Shown: piece after piece, positions 27,205 to 34,539 of the stretch
Numbering within the stretch: the first letter of the stretch is position 1
How the letters are laid out: every line of letters begins with the position of its first letter
Assembly (NCBI GenBank): GCA_017531315.1
Contig: JAFXLH010000162.1
Coordinates: forward strand, 1 to 35,762
Origin: Bacillota bacterium
GTDB taxonomy: Bacteria; Bacillota; Dehalobacteriia; UBA4068
Length of the DNA: 35,762 bases
Direction of reading: 5' to 3'
Notes under the pieces: generated by a model
Databases searched by the model: none
What the model was told of the DNA's origin: nothing
What the model saw: only the letters and a program-made list of their open reading frames with translations
Translations under genes and position numbers: made by a program

Positions 27205-29913
27205 ATGGCTGCCAGAGATAGCAAAGACAACAAAGATAAGAAAAAAGCTCCTGCCAAAGCCAAGAGCAGCAAAAGCACCAAGAGCAAGGCCGCGCCGAAG
27301 AAGTCTTCCCGCGCTGCTGCCAAGCCCAAGCAGCTCAGCCCCGCCGAGCTGGCTCGCCGCCGCGAGATCAACGGCATCCTGCTGGTGGCTCTGGGCCTGC
27401 TGCTGCTGGTCAACTACTGGTTCGCGCCGGAAAGCGACGCCGCCGGCTTTGGCTATGTGAGCATGATGCTGCTGAAGCTGATGCGCTTCCTCTGCGGCTC
27501 TGCTGCCATCGCCCTGCCGCTGGTGCTGCTGGCCTACGGCGCGCTGCTGCTGTGCGACCGCAACAGCCATCTGGGCAGCATTCCCCGCACCATCGGCGCC
27601 TGCCTGCTGCTGGTCTCCTTCCTGGCGCTGCTGCACCTCAAGCAGCCGCTGCTCGGCTTCAGCGAATATCTGGCCGCGGCAGCCGGTCACGGCGGCGGCG
27701 TCATCGGTGCGCTGTTTGCCTTCATCGTGCTCAAAGCCTTCGGTAAAGCCGGCGCTGTCATCAGCTTTGCCGCGCTGGAACTGATCGGCCTGCTGCTGTT
27801 TGCCAATACCACGCTGCGCGGCATGCTGGGCCTGCTGGAAAGCGGCGCCAAAAATGTCTACGACAAGATGTCTTCCGACGAGCAGCCCTATGACGGCCCG
27901 GCCAAACCCGCCGAAAAGCCGGCCGAAACGGTCGCCCCGGTGCTGCCGGTGATCGACGGCGCAGCTGCCGCTCCCATCCCGCAGGCTGCCCCCGCACCCG
28001 CACCGCAGCCGGAAGCGGAGCCGCAGCCCGAACCCGCGCCGCTGCCCGAGCCGGAGCTGCCTGCCGCCAAACCCATTTTCCACGGCTTCGACGACCTGCC
28101 TCCCGCAATGCCGGAAAACCCCGCTGCCCCCAGCATCCATACCCCGGTCAGCACGGGCAGCGATATCAAACCCCAGCATAATGAATTCAGCAAAACCTAT
28201 CTGCCGGATATTTCTTTTTCCACTCCCGTGGCAGAATCGCTGCCCTTCACGCCGTCGATGCTGATGGCAGAGGCGGCAGCCGAAGAGCAGAAGCTGCGCG
28301 ACCCGGAAAATCCGCTGGCCGAATACCTGCCCCAGGATGAGCCCGCACCGCAGGAAGAGCCTGCGCCGCAGCCGGAACCTGCTCCCGCACCTGCGCCCGC
28401 GCCGATGCCCAAGCCTGCGCCTGCACCGGCAGCCCCCGCCGCTCCCGAACCGCCGCCGCAGCCGGAATACCGCCTGCCCGATCCGTCTATCCTTGAGCAG
28501 GGTGTACGCCTGCGCAGCGCCCGTATGAACCGCGAGCTGACGGAATCCGTAGAAAAGCTGGAATCCACGCTCAAGAGCTTCAATGTCGCCGCCTCGGTGG
28601 TAGAAGTCACCGCCGGCCCGGCTGTCACCCGCTATGAGCTGCAGCCCGCTCCCGGCGTCAAGGTCTCCCGCGTCACCAGCCTCGCCGATGATATCGCACT
28701 GGCGCTGGCCGCCGGTTCGGTACGCATTGAGGCGCCCATCCCCGGCAAAAGCGCCATCGGCATCGAGGTGGCCCGCAGCAGCGTCGATACCGTCTATGCG
28801 CGCGAAGTCATCGACAGCGATGCCTTCCGCAGCAGCGACAGCCTGCTTTCTATGGCGCTGGGCAAGAATATCGCCGGTGAATGCATCGTCTCCGATCTGA
28901 CCAAAATGCCGCACTTGCTGATCGCCGGCTCTACCGGCTCCGGTAAGAGCGTCTGCATCAATACCGTCATCTGCAGCATCCTCTTCAAGGCCCGCCCCGA
29001 TCAGGTCAAATTCCTGCTCATCGACCCGAAAAAGGTCGAGCTGAATAACTATAATTCCCTGCCGCATCTGCTGGCGCCGGTAGTCATCGACAGCAAAAAG
29101 GCCGCCAATGCCCTGAAGTGGGTGGTCAACGAAATGGAAAACCGCTATACGCTGTTTGCCGCCGCCCGCGTCAAGGACTTCATCCAGTACAACAAGCAGC
29201 ACCCGGAAAGCCCGATGTACCGCATCGTGGTGGTCATCGACGAATTGGCCGATCTGATGATGGTGGCCAAGGGTGATGTAGAGCAGTCCATCTGCCGTCT
29301 GGCGCAGCTGGCCCGTGCCTCCGGTATCCATCTGGTGGTCGCCACCCAGTGCCCCTCGGTAGACGTCATCACCGGTCTGATCAAGAACAATCTGCCTTCG
29401 CGCATTGCCTTTGCCGTCAGCTCTCTGGTGGATAGCCGCACCATCCTCGATACCAGCGGCGCGGAAAAGCTGCTCGGCCGCGGCGATATGCTCTATTCTC
29501 CCATTGGTATCAACAAGCCGCTGCGCGTGCAGGGCTGCTATATCAGCGAGCGTGATGTGATGAATCTGGTCGAATTCTGCGCCAGTCAGTGCCGTGCGGA
29601 ATTCTCCGAATCGGCGGTGGAAGCTGCCAATACTGCTGTGGACAGCGCCGGCTCTTCCGCATCCGGCGGCAGCGATCTGGACGATATGATCTACGATGCC
29701 GCCCGCCTGATCCTCACCACCGGACAGGCCTCCACCTCCTTCCTGCAGCGCCGCCTTTCCATCGGCAACCCGCGTGCGGCGCGCATCATGGATACGCTGG
29801 AAGAGATGGGCATCGTCGGCCCCAGCAACGGCGCCAAGCCGCGTGATATCCATATGAGCTACGAAGCTTTTGTGGAGCAGTACGGAGAAAAATACAGCGA
29901 AACGCAGATTTGA
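27205..29913 (+). CDS. ftsK: DNA translocase FtsK/SpoIIIE
   Basis: A basic N-terminal tail is followed by 4 to 5 transmembrane segments and long Pro/Ala/Glu linkers. The motor domain has Walker A GSTGSGKS, and the gamma winged-helix reads SFLQRRLSIGNPRAARIMD. Confidence 0.95.
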   Translation: MAARDSKDNKDKKKAPAKAKSSKSTKSKAAPKKSSRAAAKPKQLSPAELARRREINGILLVALGLLLLVNYWFAPESDAAGFGYVSMMLLKLMRFLCGSAAIALPLVLLAYGALLLCDRNSHLGSIPRTIGACLLLVSFLALLHLKQPLLGFSEYLAAAAGHGGGVIGALFAFIVLKAFGKAGAVISFAALELIGLLLFANTTLRGMLGLLESGAKNVYDKMSSDEQPYDGPAKPAEKPAETVAPVLPVIDGAAAAPIPQAAPAPAPQPEAEPQPEPAPLPEPELPAAKPIFHGFDDLPPAMPENPAAPSIHTPVSTGSDIKPQHNEFSKTYLPDISFSTPVAESLPFTPSMLMAEAAAEEQKLRDPENPLAEYLPQDEPAPQEEPAPQPEPAPAPAPAPMPKPAPAPAAPAAPEPPPQPEYRLPDPSILEQGVRLRSARMNRELTESVEKLESTLKSFNVAASVVEVTAGPAVTRYELQPAPGVKVSRVTSLADDIALALAAGSVRIEAPIPGKSAIGIEVARSSVDTVYAREVIDSDAFRSSDSLLSMALGKNIAGECIVSDLTKMPHLLIAGSTGSGKSVCINTVICSILFKARPDQVKFLLIDPKKVELNNYNSLPHLLAPVVIDSKKAANALKWVVNEMENRYTLFAAARVKDFIQYNKQHPESPMYRIVVVIDELADLMMVAKGDVEQSICRLAQLARASGIHLVVATQCPSVDVITGLIKNNLPSRIAFAVSSLVDSRTILDTSGAEKLLGRGDMLYSPIGINKPLRVQGCYISERDVMNLVEFCASQCRAEFSESAVEAANTAVDSAGSSASGGSDLDDMIYDAARLILTTGQASTSFLQRRLSIGNPRAARIMDTLEEMGIVGPSNGAKPRDIHMSYEAFVEQYGEKYSETQI

Positions 29914-29928
29914 ATTTGAGGTGTGTGT

Positions 29929-31251
29929 ATGGAAAACATTAACGTATACTTACTGGGTCTGGGCTGCGCCAAGAATATGGTAGACAGCGAATTGATGAGC
30001 GGCGTACTGCGCCGCAACGGCTACCGCATCGTCAGCAATGAGTGGGATGCCGATGTTATCATCATCAATACCTGCGGTTTTATCGAAGATGCCAAGAAAG
30101 AGAGCATCTCTTCCATCCTGCGCCTGGCGCAGTGCAAAGAAGAAGGCCGCTGCCAATTGCTGATCGCCACCGGCTGTATGCCGGAAAAGTGGCAGAATGA
30201 GATGGCAGAGGCGATGCCGGAGATCGACGCCATGCTGGGCAGCCGCGAATACACCCGCATCGCCGAGCTGATCGCCGAGCATCTCGAAGCTCCCGCCGAT
30301 GCCAAAGCGCCGCAGAACCGCTACCTGTGGCGCGACCTTTCCACGCCTCCGTACAGCGCTTACCTGAAGATCTCCGAAGGCTGCAACAACCGCTGCACCT
30401 ATTGCCTAATCCCGCAGCTGCGTGGCGATCTGGTCAGCCGTCCGCAGGAAGATATCATCGCCGAAGCCGAGCAGCTGCTCGCCGGCGGTGTGCTGGAGCT
30501 GAACGTGATCGCGCAGGATGTCACCGCTTACGGCATGGATATTTACGGCCATTCCGCGCTGCCGGAACTGCTGGAAAAGCTGGCGCAGATGGATTTCAAG
30601 TGGATCCGCCTGCTTTACGCCTACCCGACCCGCGTGGATGAAAAGCTGCTCACCGTAATGGCCGCGCACAAAAATATCTGCGCTTATATTGATATTCCCA
30701 TCCAGTATGGGGAAGATACTATCTTAAAGGCGATGAATCGCCACGGCAATACCGCCGAGATCGAAGCCGCCGTCGCCAATATCCGCCGCTACCTGCCGGA
30801 TGCGGTGCTGCGTACCACCATTATGACCGGCTTCCCCGGCGAAACGGACGAAACCTTTGCCAAGACGCAGGACTTCCTCGAACGGATGCGCTTCGACTGG
30901 CTGGGCGTATTCTGCTACAGCCTCGAAGAAGATACGCCTGCCTTCGATATGGCCGATCAGGTACCGGCCGAGGTGGCGGAACAGCGCCGCGATGCGCTGA
31001 TGGAGCAGGCCGCCGATGTGACCGAGACCTCGCAGCAGCGCTTTGTCGGCACAGTGATGGAAGTGCTGGCCGAAGAAGCGCAGGAGCAGGATGGCGAAGT
31101 GCTGTACGTGGGCCGCAACCGCTATCAGGCTCCGGAGGTGGATGGCGTAGTTTACTTCACCGCCGAGCGCAATCTGCTGCCCGGCGAAATGGTGCAGGTG
31201 AAGATCACTGCCTGCGATACCTATGATCTGTACGGCCAGCTGGCAGAATAG
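29929..31251 (+). CDS. rimO: ribosomal protein S12 methylthiotransferase RimO (radical SAM, MiaB family)
   Basis: N-terminus LGLGCAKNMVDSE, radical-SAM motif CNNRCTYC and a C-terminal TRAM domain. ATG 29929 follows GAGG. Confidence 0.85.
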   Translation: MENINVYLLGLGCAKNMVDSELMSGVLRRNGYRIVSNEWDADVIIINTCGFIEDAKKESISSILRLAQCKEEGRCQLLIATGCMPEKWQNEMAEAMPEIDAMLGSREYTRIAELIAEHLEAPADAKAPQNRYLWRDLSTPPYSAYLKISEGCNNRCTYCLIPQLRGDLVSRPQEDIIAEAEQLLAGGVLELNVIAQDVTAYGMDIYGHSALPELLEKLAQMDFKWIRLLYAYPTRVDEKLLTVMAAHKNICAYIDIPIQYGEDTILKAMNRHGNTAEIEAAVANIRRYLPDAVLRTTIMTGFPGETDETFAKTQDFLERMRFDWLGVFCYSLEEDTPAFDMADQVPAEVAEQRRDALMEQAADVTETSQQRFVGTVMEVLAEEAQEQDGEVLYVGRNRYQAPEVDGVVYFTAERNLLPGEMVQVKITACDTYDLYGQLAE

Positions 31252-31260
31252 GGGATAGCT

Positions 31261-31743
31261 ATGGATGAACGCATTATCGCTGCCGCGCGGGAGCTGCTGG
31301 ATATTTGCCGCCGCAAGGGCAAGAAGCTGGCGGTAGCCGAATCCTGCACCGGCGGTATGCTGGCAGAAGTGCTTACCGGCATCCCCGGCGCATCGGATGT
31401 TTTCCGCTTAGGCGTGGTAAGCTATTGCGATGAGATGAAGAATCAGGTGCTGTCCGTGCCGCAGCCGCTGTTGGACGAGTATACCGCCGTCAGCGCCCCG
31501 GTCGCAGAAGCGATGGCATCCGGCGTGCGCGAGCTGGCCAAGGCCGATATCGCCCTTTCCACCACCGGCTATGCCGGCCCGGGCGGCGAGGCGCTGGTCG
31601 GCCTGGTCTACATCGGCATGGCTACGGCATCCGGCGCACAGTCCTGGCAGTGCCAGTTTACCGGCGATAGGGAAGCGGTGCGCCGCAATGCGGTATACAG
31701 CGCGCTGACCACCGCTATTTTGATGGAGGATGATCTACTGTGA
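31261..31743 (+). CDS. pncC: CinA C-terminal domain protein / nicotinamide-nucleotide amidohydrolase PncC-like
   Basis: 160 aa with motif LAVAESCTGGMLA and no N-terminal MoCF domain. Confidence 0.8.
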   Translation: MDERIIAAARELLDICRRKGKKLAVAESCTGGMLAEVLTGIPGASDVFRLGVVSYCDEMKNQVLSVPQPLLDEYTAVSAPVAEAMASGVRELAKADIALSTTGYAGPGGEALVGLVYIGMATASGAQSWQCQFTGDREAVRRNAVYSALTTAILMEDDLL

Positions 31744-32294
31744 AAAAGCATTTGCTGATAATGCTGCTGATGCTGTCGCTCGCTCTGTTTGCGGCCTGCG
31801 GCGGCGATAAGGCAGAGGCGCTCTCGCAGGAGCTCAGCAGCGAAAACGGCTATAGCTTTGCCGTGCCGGCAAGCTGGCAGGCGGAGGCCGACGGCTATGA
31901 TTTTGTCTGCTCGGGGCTGGATGGCGCGGTATATCTGATCAGCCGCAGCGAGCTGGGCGGCAATAACTACTATACGCTGGAAGAGATGGCGGATAAGTTG
32001 GCTGCGGGCGCCGATGAGCTGGGCGAGCTGGAAACCGCCGCCACGCCGCTTTCCGGTCGCGACCGCCTGTGGCGCAGCTACAAAGGGGCAGGGGAGGCGC
32101 GTGTGGATGTATTCATCTGCCAGCCCGGCGCAGGCGTGCGCTTTTATCTGCTCTTTGCGGTAGAAGAGGACGGCTATGCGTCGCTGAAGCCGCAGATTGA
32201 AAGTATTATCAAATCCTTCAGCTTAGACCTTTCGGAAGTGGAGTATTATCAGCTGTTGGATGAGCGCCGCGCTGAGCAAGCAGACGCCGCATAA
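31740..32294 (+). CDS. hypothetical lipoprotein
   Basis: Signal peptide with lipobox LFAAC-GG. The GTG start overlaps the cinA stop (GTGA). I recognise no family. Confidence 0.6.
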   Translation: MKKHLLIMLLMLSLALFAACGGDKAEALSQELSSENGYSFAVPASWQAEADGYDFVCSGLDGAVYLISRSELGGNNYYTLEEMADKLAAGADELGELETAATPLSGRDRLWRSYKGAGEARVDVFICQPGAGVRFYLLFAVEEDGYASLKPQIESIIKSFSLDLSEVEYYQLLDERRAEQADAA

Positions 32295-32332
32295 ATCTTT
32301 CGAAAATTTTTGAAAAATTTTGCAAAAAGGTA

Positions 32333-32361
32333 TTGATTTTTTCTGCAGCGGGTGCTATATT
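32333..32361 (+). promoter_or_regulatory. extended -10 promoter of tRNA-Leu with an A/T-rich UP-like tract
   Basis: TTGATT at 32333..32338, a 17-nt spacer ending in TGc, then TATATT at 32356..32361. Upstream lies the repeat gaaaatttttgaaaaattttgcaaaaa. Confidence 0.6.
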
Positions 32362-32374
32362 ATAGAGGTGCCGT

Positions 32375-32462
32375 GCGGCAGTGGCGGAATTGGCAGACGC
32401 GCTAGATTCAGGTTCTAGTCCTGATTGCCAGGGTGGGGGTTCAAGTCCCTTCTGCCGCACCA
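32375..32462 (+). tRNA. tRNA-Leu (anticodon CAG), CCA encoded
   Basis: Hand-folded cloverleaf. Perfect 7-bp acceptor stem gcggcag/ctgccgc and D arm GCG-GAATTGGCAGA-CGC. Anticodon arm ctaga-ttCAGgt-tctag, long variable arm cctg-attgc-cagg, T-loop TTCAAGT, discriminator A plus CCA. Confidence 0.9.
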
Positions 32463-32498
32463 AAGAGCCTTCCTTATGGAAGGCTCTTTTCCTTTTTC
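32463..32498 (+). terminator. rho-independent terminator after tRNA-Leu
   Basis: 11-bp stem aagagccttcc/ggaaggctctt with a TTAT loop, followed by a T-rich tract. Confidence 0.8.
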
Positions 32499-32513
32499 TG
32501 CACGAATGCACAC

Positions 32514-32546
32514 AAAAAGAGCTACCCGCATGGGGTAGCTCTTTTT
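32514..32546. terminator. bidirectional terminator (serves the minus-strand YbjN-like gene)
   Basis: Stem aaaaagagctaccc/gggtagctcttttt with a 5-nt loop. The A-run on one side and T-run on the other give a U-tract in both orientations. Confidence 0.75.
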
Positions 32547-32554
32547 CTTTTCGT

Positions 32555-32980
32555 TTAGCCCCAGATGGCCTTCATGATCATCGGGTAGGCTTCATCGGCA
32601 ATTTTGACGAATCTGTGGGTCATTTCCACGCCAATGGCGCCAACATTGTCGGCGGTGGTTCTGATGGGGAAGTCATAGCCGATGGTCACATCGTTGTCGC
32701 TATCAATGTAGAATTTGACATAGCGGAATTTGCCGTTCAGTTCGTTGAGGCAGGTGAGAACCTGAGCAGTTTTGTTTTCCGGCACTTTGACCAGGGAGAA
32801 CAGGCGTACGGCCACATCGTTATCATCATCCAAAGAGATGAACTTGATTTCGATGGAAGATACGTTTTCAGCTTTGAAACCGACGATCAGGGTGCTGCCT
32901 TCGCCGTGTTCGGTGATTCTGTACTTGATTTCAGCGGCATCGAGTGCTTCGGCGATGGCCTTGGTTGCGTTACGGATCAT
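32555..32980 (-). CDS. YbjN-domain-like small cytoplasmic protein
   Basis: 141-aa acidic protein and the only minus-strand gene in the window. AGGAGG lies 6 nt upstream of the ATG. The pattern of alternating beta-strand segments and DxD turns resembles the YbjN family, but this assignment is from memory only. Confidence 0.55.
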   Translation of the reverse strand: MIRNATKAIAEALDAAEIKYRITEHGEGSTLIVGFKAENVSSIEIKFISLDDDNDVAVRLFSLVKVPENKTAQVLTCLNELNGKFRYVKFYIDSDNDVTIGYDFPIRTTADNVGAIGVEMTHRFVKIADEAYPMIMKAIWG

Positions 32981-33038
32981 TTTTTGTCCTCCTGATTATT
33001 GATTTCCCGATGATGCAGAAACAGTTCACCGATCGGGT

Positions 33039-33067
33039 ATAGTAGAATTTACCATAATATGTGTAAA
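33039..33067 (-). promoter_or_regulatory. candidate promoter of the YbjN-like gene (TTTACA-17-TACTAT on the minus strand)
   Basis: The reverse complement of 33062..33067 is TTTACA and of 33039..33044 is TACTAT, with a 17-nt spacer. Confidence 0.4.
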
Positions 33068-33113
33068 TCCTGCTGCTTCATCAGAATTTATCTCTATATA
33101 ATGTGTTTTTTTG

Positions 33114-33142
33114 TTGACTTGTGACAAGCGCTGTGGTAATAT
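33114..33142 (+). promoter_or_regulatory. extended -10 sigma-A promoter of the pyrC-carAB operon
   Basis: TTGACT at 33114..33119, a 17-nt spacer ending in TGg, then TAATAT at 33137..33142. Confidence 0.6.
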
Positions 33143-33153
33143 ATTGCAAATAG

Positions 33154-33188
33154 AATCTTTAAGTCGGTGCTGTGACATCGGCAAGATT
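33154..33188 (+). promoter_or_regulatory. 5'-proximal leader hairpin (candidate effector-binding / anti-antiterminator element)
   Basis: Outer stem aatctt/aagatt, a 3-nt bulge (taa) and an inner 7-bp stem gtcggtg/catcggc with a 6-nt loop. Its 3' side (cggcaag, 33179..33185) is complementary to the terminator 5' arm cttgccg (33252..33258). Confidence 0.4.
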
Positions 33189-33248
33189 GGTATAAGTAGT
33201 TTTACAGCAGCTCTTGGTAGGGGTATGCTGTGCGCTGCCCTGTATGCC

Positions 33249-33276
33249 GACCTTGCCGCTGTGCAAGGTTTTTTTG
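33249..33276 (+). terminator. leader attenuator terminator just upstream of the pyrC SD
   Basis: Stem (g)accttgc/gcaaggt(t) with a 6-nt loop, followed by about 6 further T residues. It ends 10 nt before the AAAGGAGA SD. Confidence 0.6.
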
Positions 33277-33297
33277 TTACCGCAGAAAGGAGAAGTT

Positions 33298-34539
33298 ATG
33301 CGCTTCACGGTAAACGATGCTCATATTTACGAAAACGGCAGCTTCAAAAAGGGCAGCTACACCAGCGTAGAACTCATCGCCGCTCCGGCGCTTGAGTCTG
33401 CCTGCGTTGATTTTGCTTCCCCCAATAGTGATTATTACATATTCCCGGCTTTTTGCGATGTTCATGTTCATTTGCGAGAGCCGGGTTTTTCTTCGAAAGA
33501 GACCATCGCCACCGGTACTCTGGCCGCTGCCCACGGCGGTTACAGCGATGTCTGCTCGATGCCCAACCTCAACCCCGTGCCGGATACCCCGGCCACGCTG
33601 CAGCAGCAGCTGGATATCATCGATCGCGATGCGCTGATCCGCGTCCACCCTTATGGCGCCATCACCATGTGTGAGGCCGGCCGCGAACTGGCGGATATGG
33701 ACGGTATGGCCCAAAACGTCATCGCCTTTTCCGATGACGGCCGCGGCGTGCAGAACGACGAGATGATGCGCGCTGCCATGCTGAAGGCCAAATCCCTCGG
33801 CAAGATGATCGTTGCTCACTGTGAAGACGATGAGCTGCGCGGCGTGGGCGTTATCCACGATGGCGAATACGCCAAAGCCCACGGCCTGCCCGGCATCTGC
33901 TCCGAAAGCGAATGGAAGCCGATCGCCCGTGACATCGAGCTGGCCCGCGAGACCGGCTGCGCCTACCACGTCTGCCACATCTCCACCGCCGAAAGCGTGG
34001 AGCTGATCCGCAAAGCCAAGGCGGAAGGCGTGGATATCACCTGCGAGACCGCACCGCATTATCTGGTCTTCGACGAAAGTGACCTGCAGGATGAGGGCCG
34101 CTTCAAGATGAACCCGCCGCTGCGCGGCAAGCGTGACAAAGAAGCGCTGATCGCCGGCCTGATCGACGGCACCATCGACATGATCGCCACCGACCACGCG
34201 CCGCATATGGCAGAAGAAAAGACGCGCGGCCTGCTCAAGAGCGCCATGGGCGTCACGGGGCTGGAGATCGCCTTCGCCACGCTCTACACCCACCTGGTCA
34301 AGCCCGGTATCATCAGCCTGGAAAAGCTGATCGAAGTGATGGCCATCAACCCGCGCCGCCGCTTCGGCCTGCCGGAGACTGACGATGTCTGCGTCTTCGA
34401 CCTTAACGCCAGCTACGAAGTCAATGACGACCACTTCCTGTCGATGGGCAAGTTCACTCCCTTCGGCGGCCAGACGGTCTATGCAAAGAATAAGCTTACT
34501 ACTTGTGGAGGTAAAATCGTATGGATGGACAGAAACTGA
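33298..34539 (+). CDS. pyrC: dihydroorotase
   Basis: Metal-binding motif DVHVHLREPG, later HVCHIST and ATDHAPH. ATG 33298 follows AAAGGAGA. The track start 33214 lies in the leader and was trimmed. Confidence 0.9.
   Translation: MRFTVNDAHIYENGSFKKGSYTSVELIAAPALESACVDFASPNSDYYIFPAFCDVHVHLREPGFSSKETIATGTLAAAHGGYSDVCSMPNLNPVPDTPATLQQQLDIIDRDALIRVHPYGAITMCEAGRELADMDGMAQNVIAFSDDGRGVQNDEMMRAAMLKAKSLGKMIVAHCEDDELRGVGVIHDGEYAKAHGLPGICSESEWKPIARDIELARETGCAYHVCHISTAESVELIRKAKAEGVDITCETAPHYLVFDESDLQDEGRFKMNPPLRGKRDKEALIAGLIDGTIDMIATDHAPHMAEEKTRGLLKSAMGVTGLEIAFATLYTHLVKPGIISLEKLIEVMAINPRRRFGLPETDDVCVFDLNASYEVNDDHFLSMGKFTPFGGQTVYAKNKLTTCGGKIVWMDRN

Noticed and set aside
27940-28470. Highly repetitive GC-rich DNA (ccgcagcc, gcacc and gcgcc units) that at first glance resembles a repeat array.
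   Set aside because: It is in frame within ftsK and encodes the Pro/Ala/Glu-rich linker (PAPAPQPEAEPQPEP...). It has no regular repeat-spacer periodicity, so it is not CRISPR or a mobile-element repeat.
27085-29853. 922-aa minus-strand ORF, the longest in the track, lying exactly antisense to ftsK.
   Set aside because: It mirrors a gene with unmistakable FtsK motifs on the plus strand. Its translation is low-complexity (Arg, Gly, Ala, Gln and His rich) with no recognisable motifs and no SD. Stop-free antisense frames are expected in GC-rich coding sequence with G/C-ending codons.
32381-32995. 204-aa plus-strand ORF spanning the tRNA-Leu gene, two terminators and the YbjN-like gene.
   Set aside because: It starts inside a tRNA and runs through two strong hairpin terminators. 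The opposite-strand ORF has a perfect AGGAGG SD, its own promoter-like sequence and a globular-looking protein sequence.
2071-33297. Extended 5' ends offered by the ORF track at 2071, 5992, 16255, 17883, 21787, 22838, 23942, 29923 and 33214.
   Set aside because: In each case a downstream ATG or GTG is preceded by a good SD at 5-9 nt and gives the family-typical N-terminus. The extensions overlap the preceding gene, a terminator or a leader.
32375-33300. tRNA-Leu as an integration site for a genomic islet carrying the YbjN-like gene.
   Set aside because: There is no integrase or recombinase, and I could find no direct repeat of the tRNA 3' end (ctgccgcacca) downstream. The composition difference is no larger than for other probably highly expressed genes in the window. 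It is kept only as a low-interest finding.
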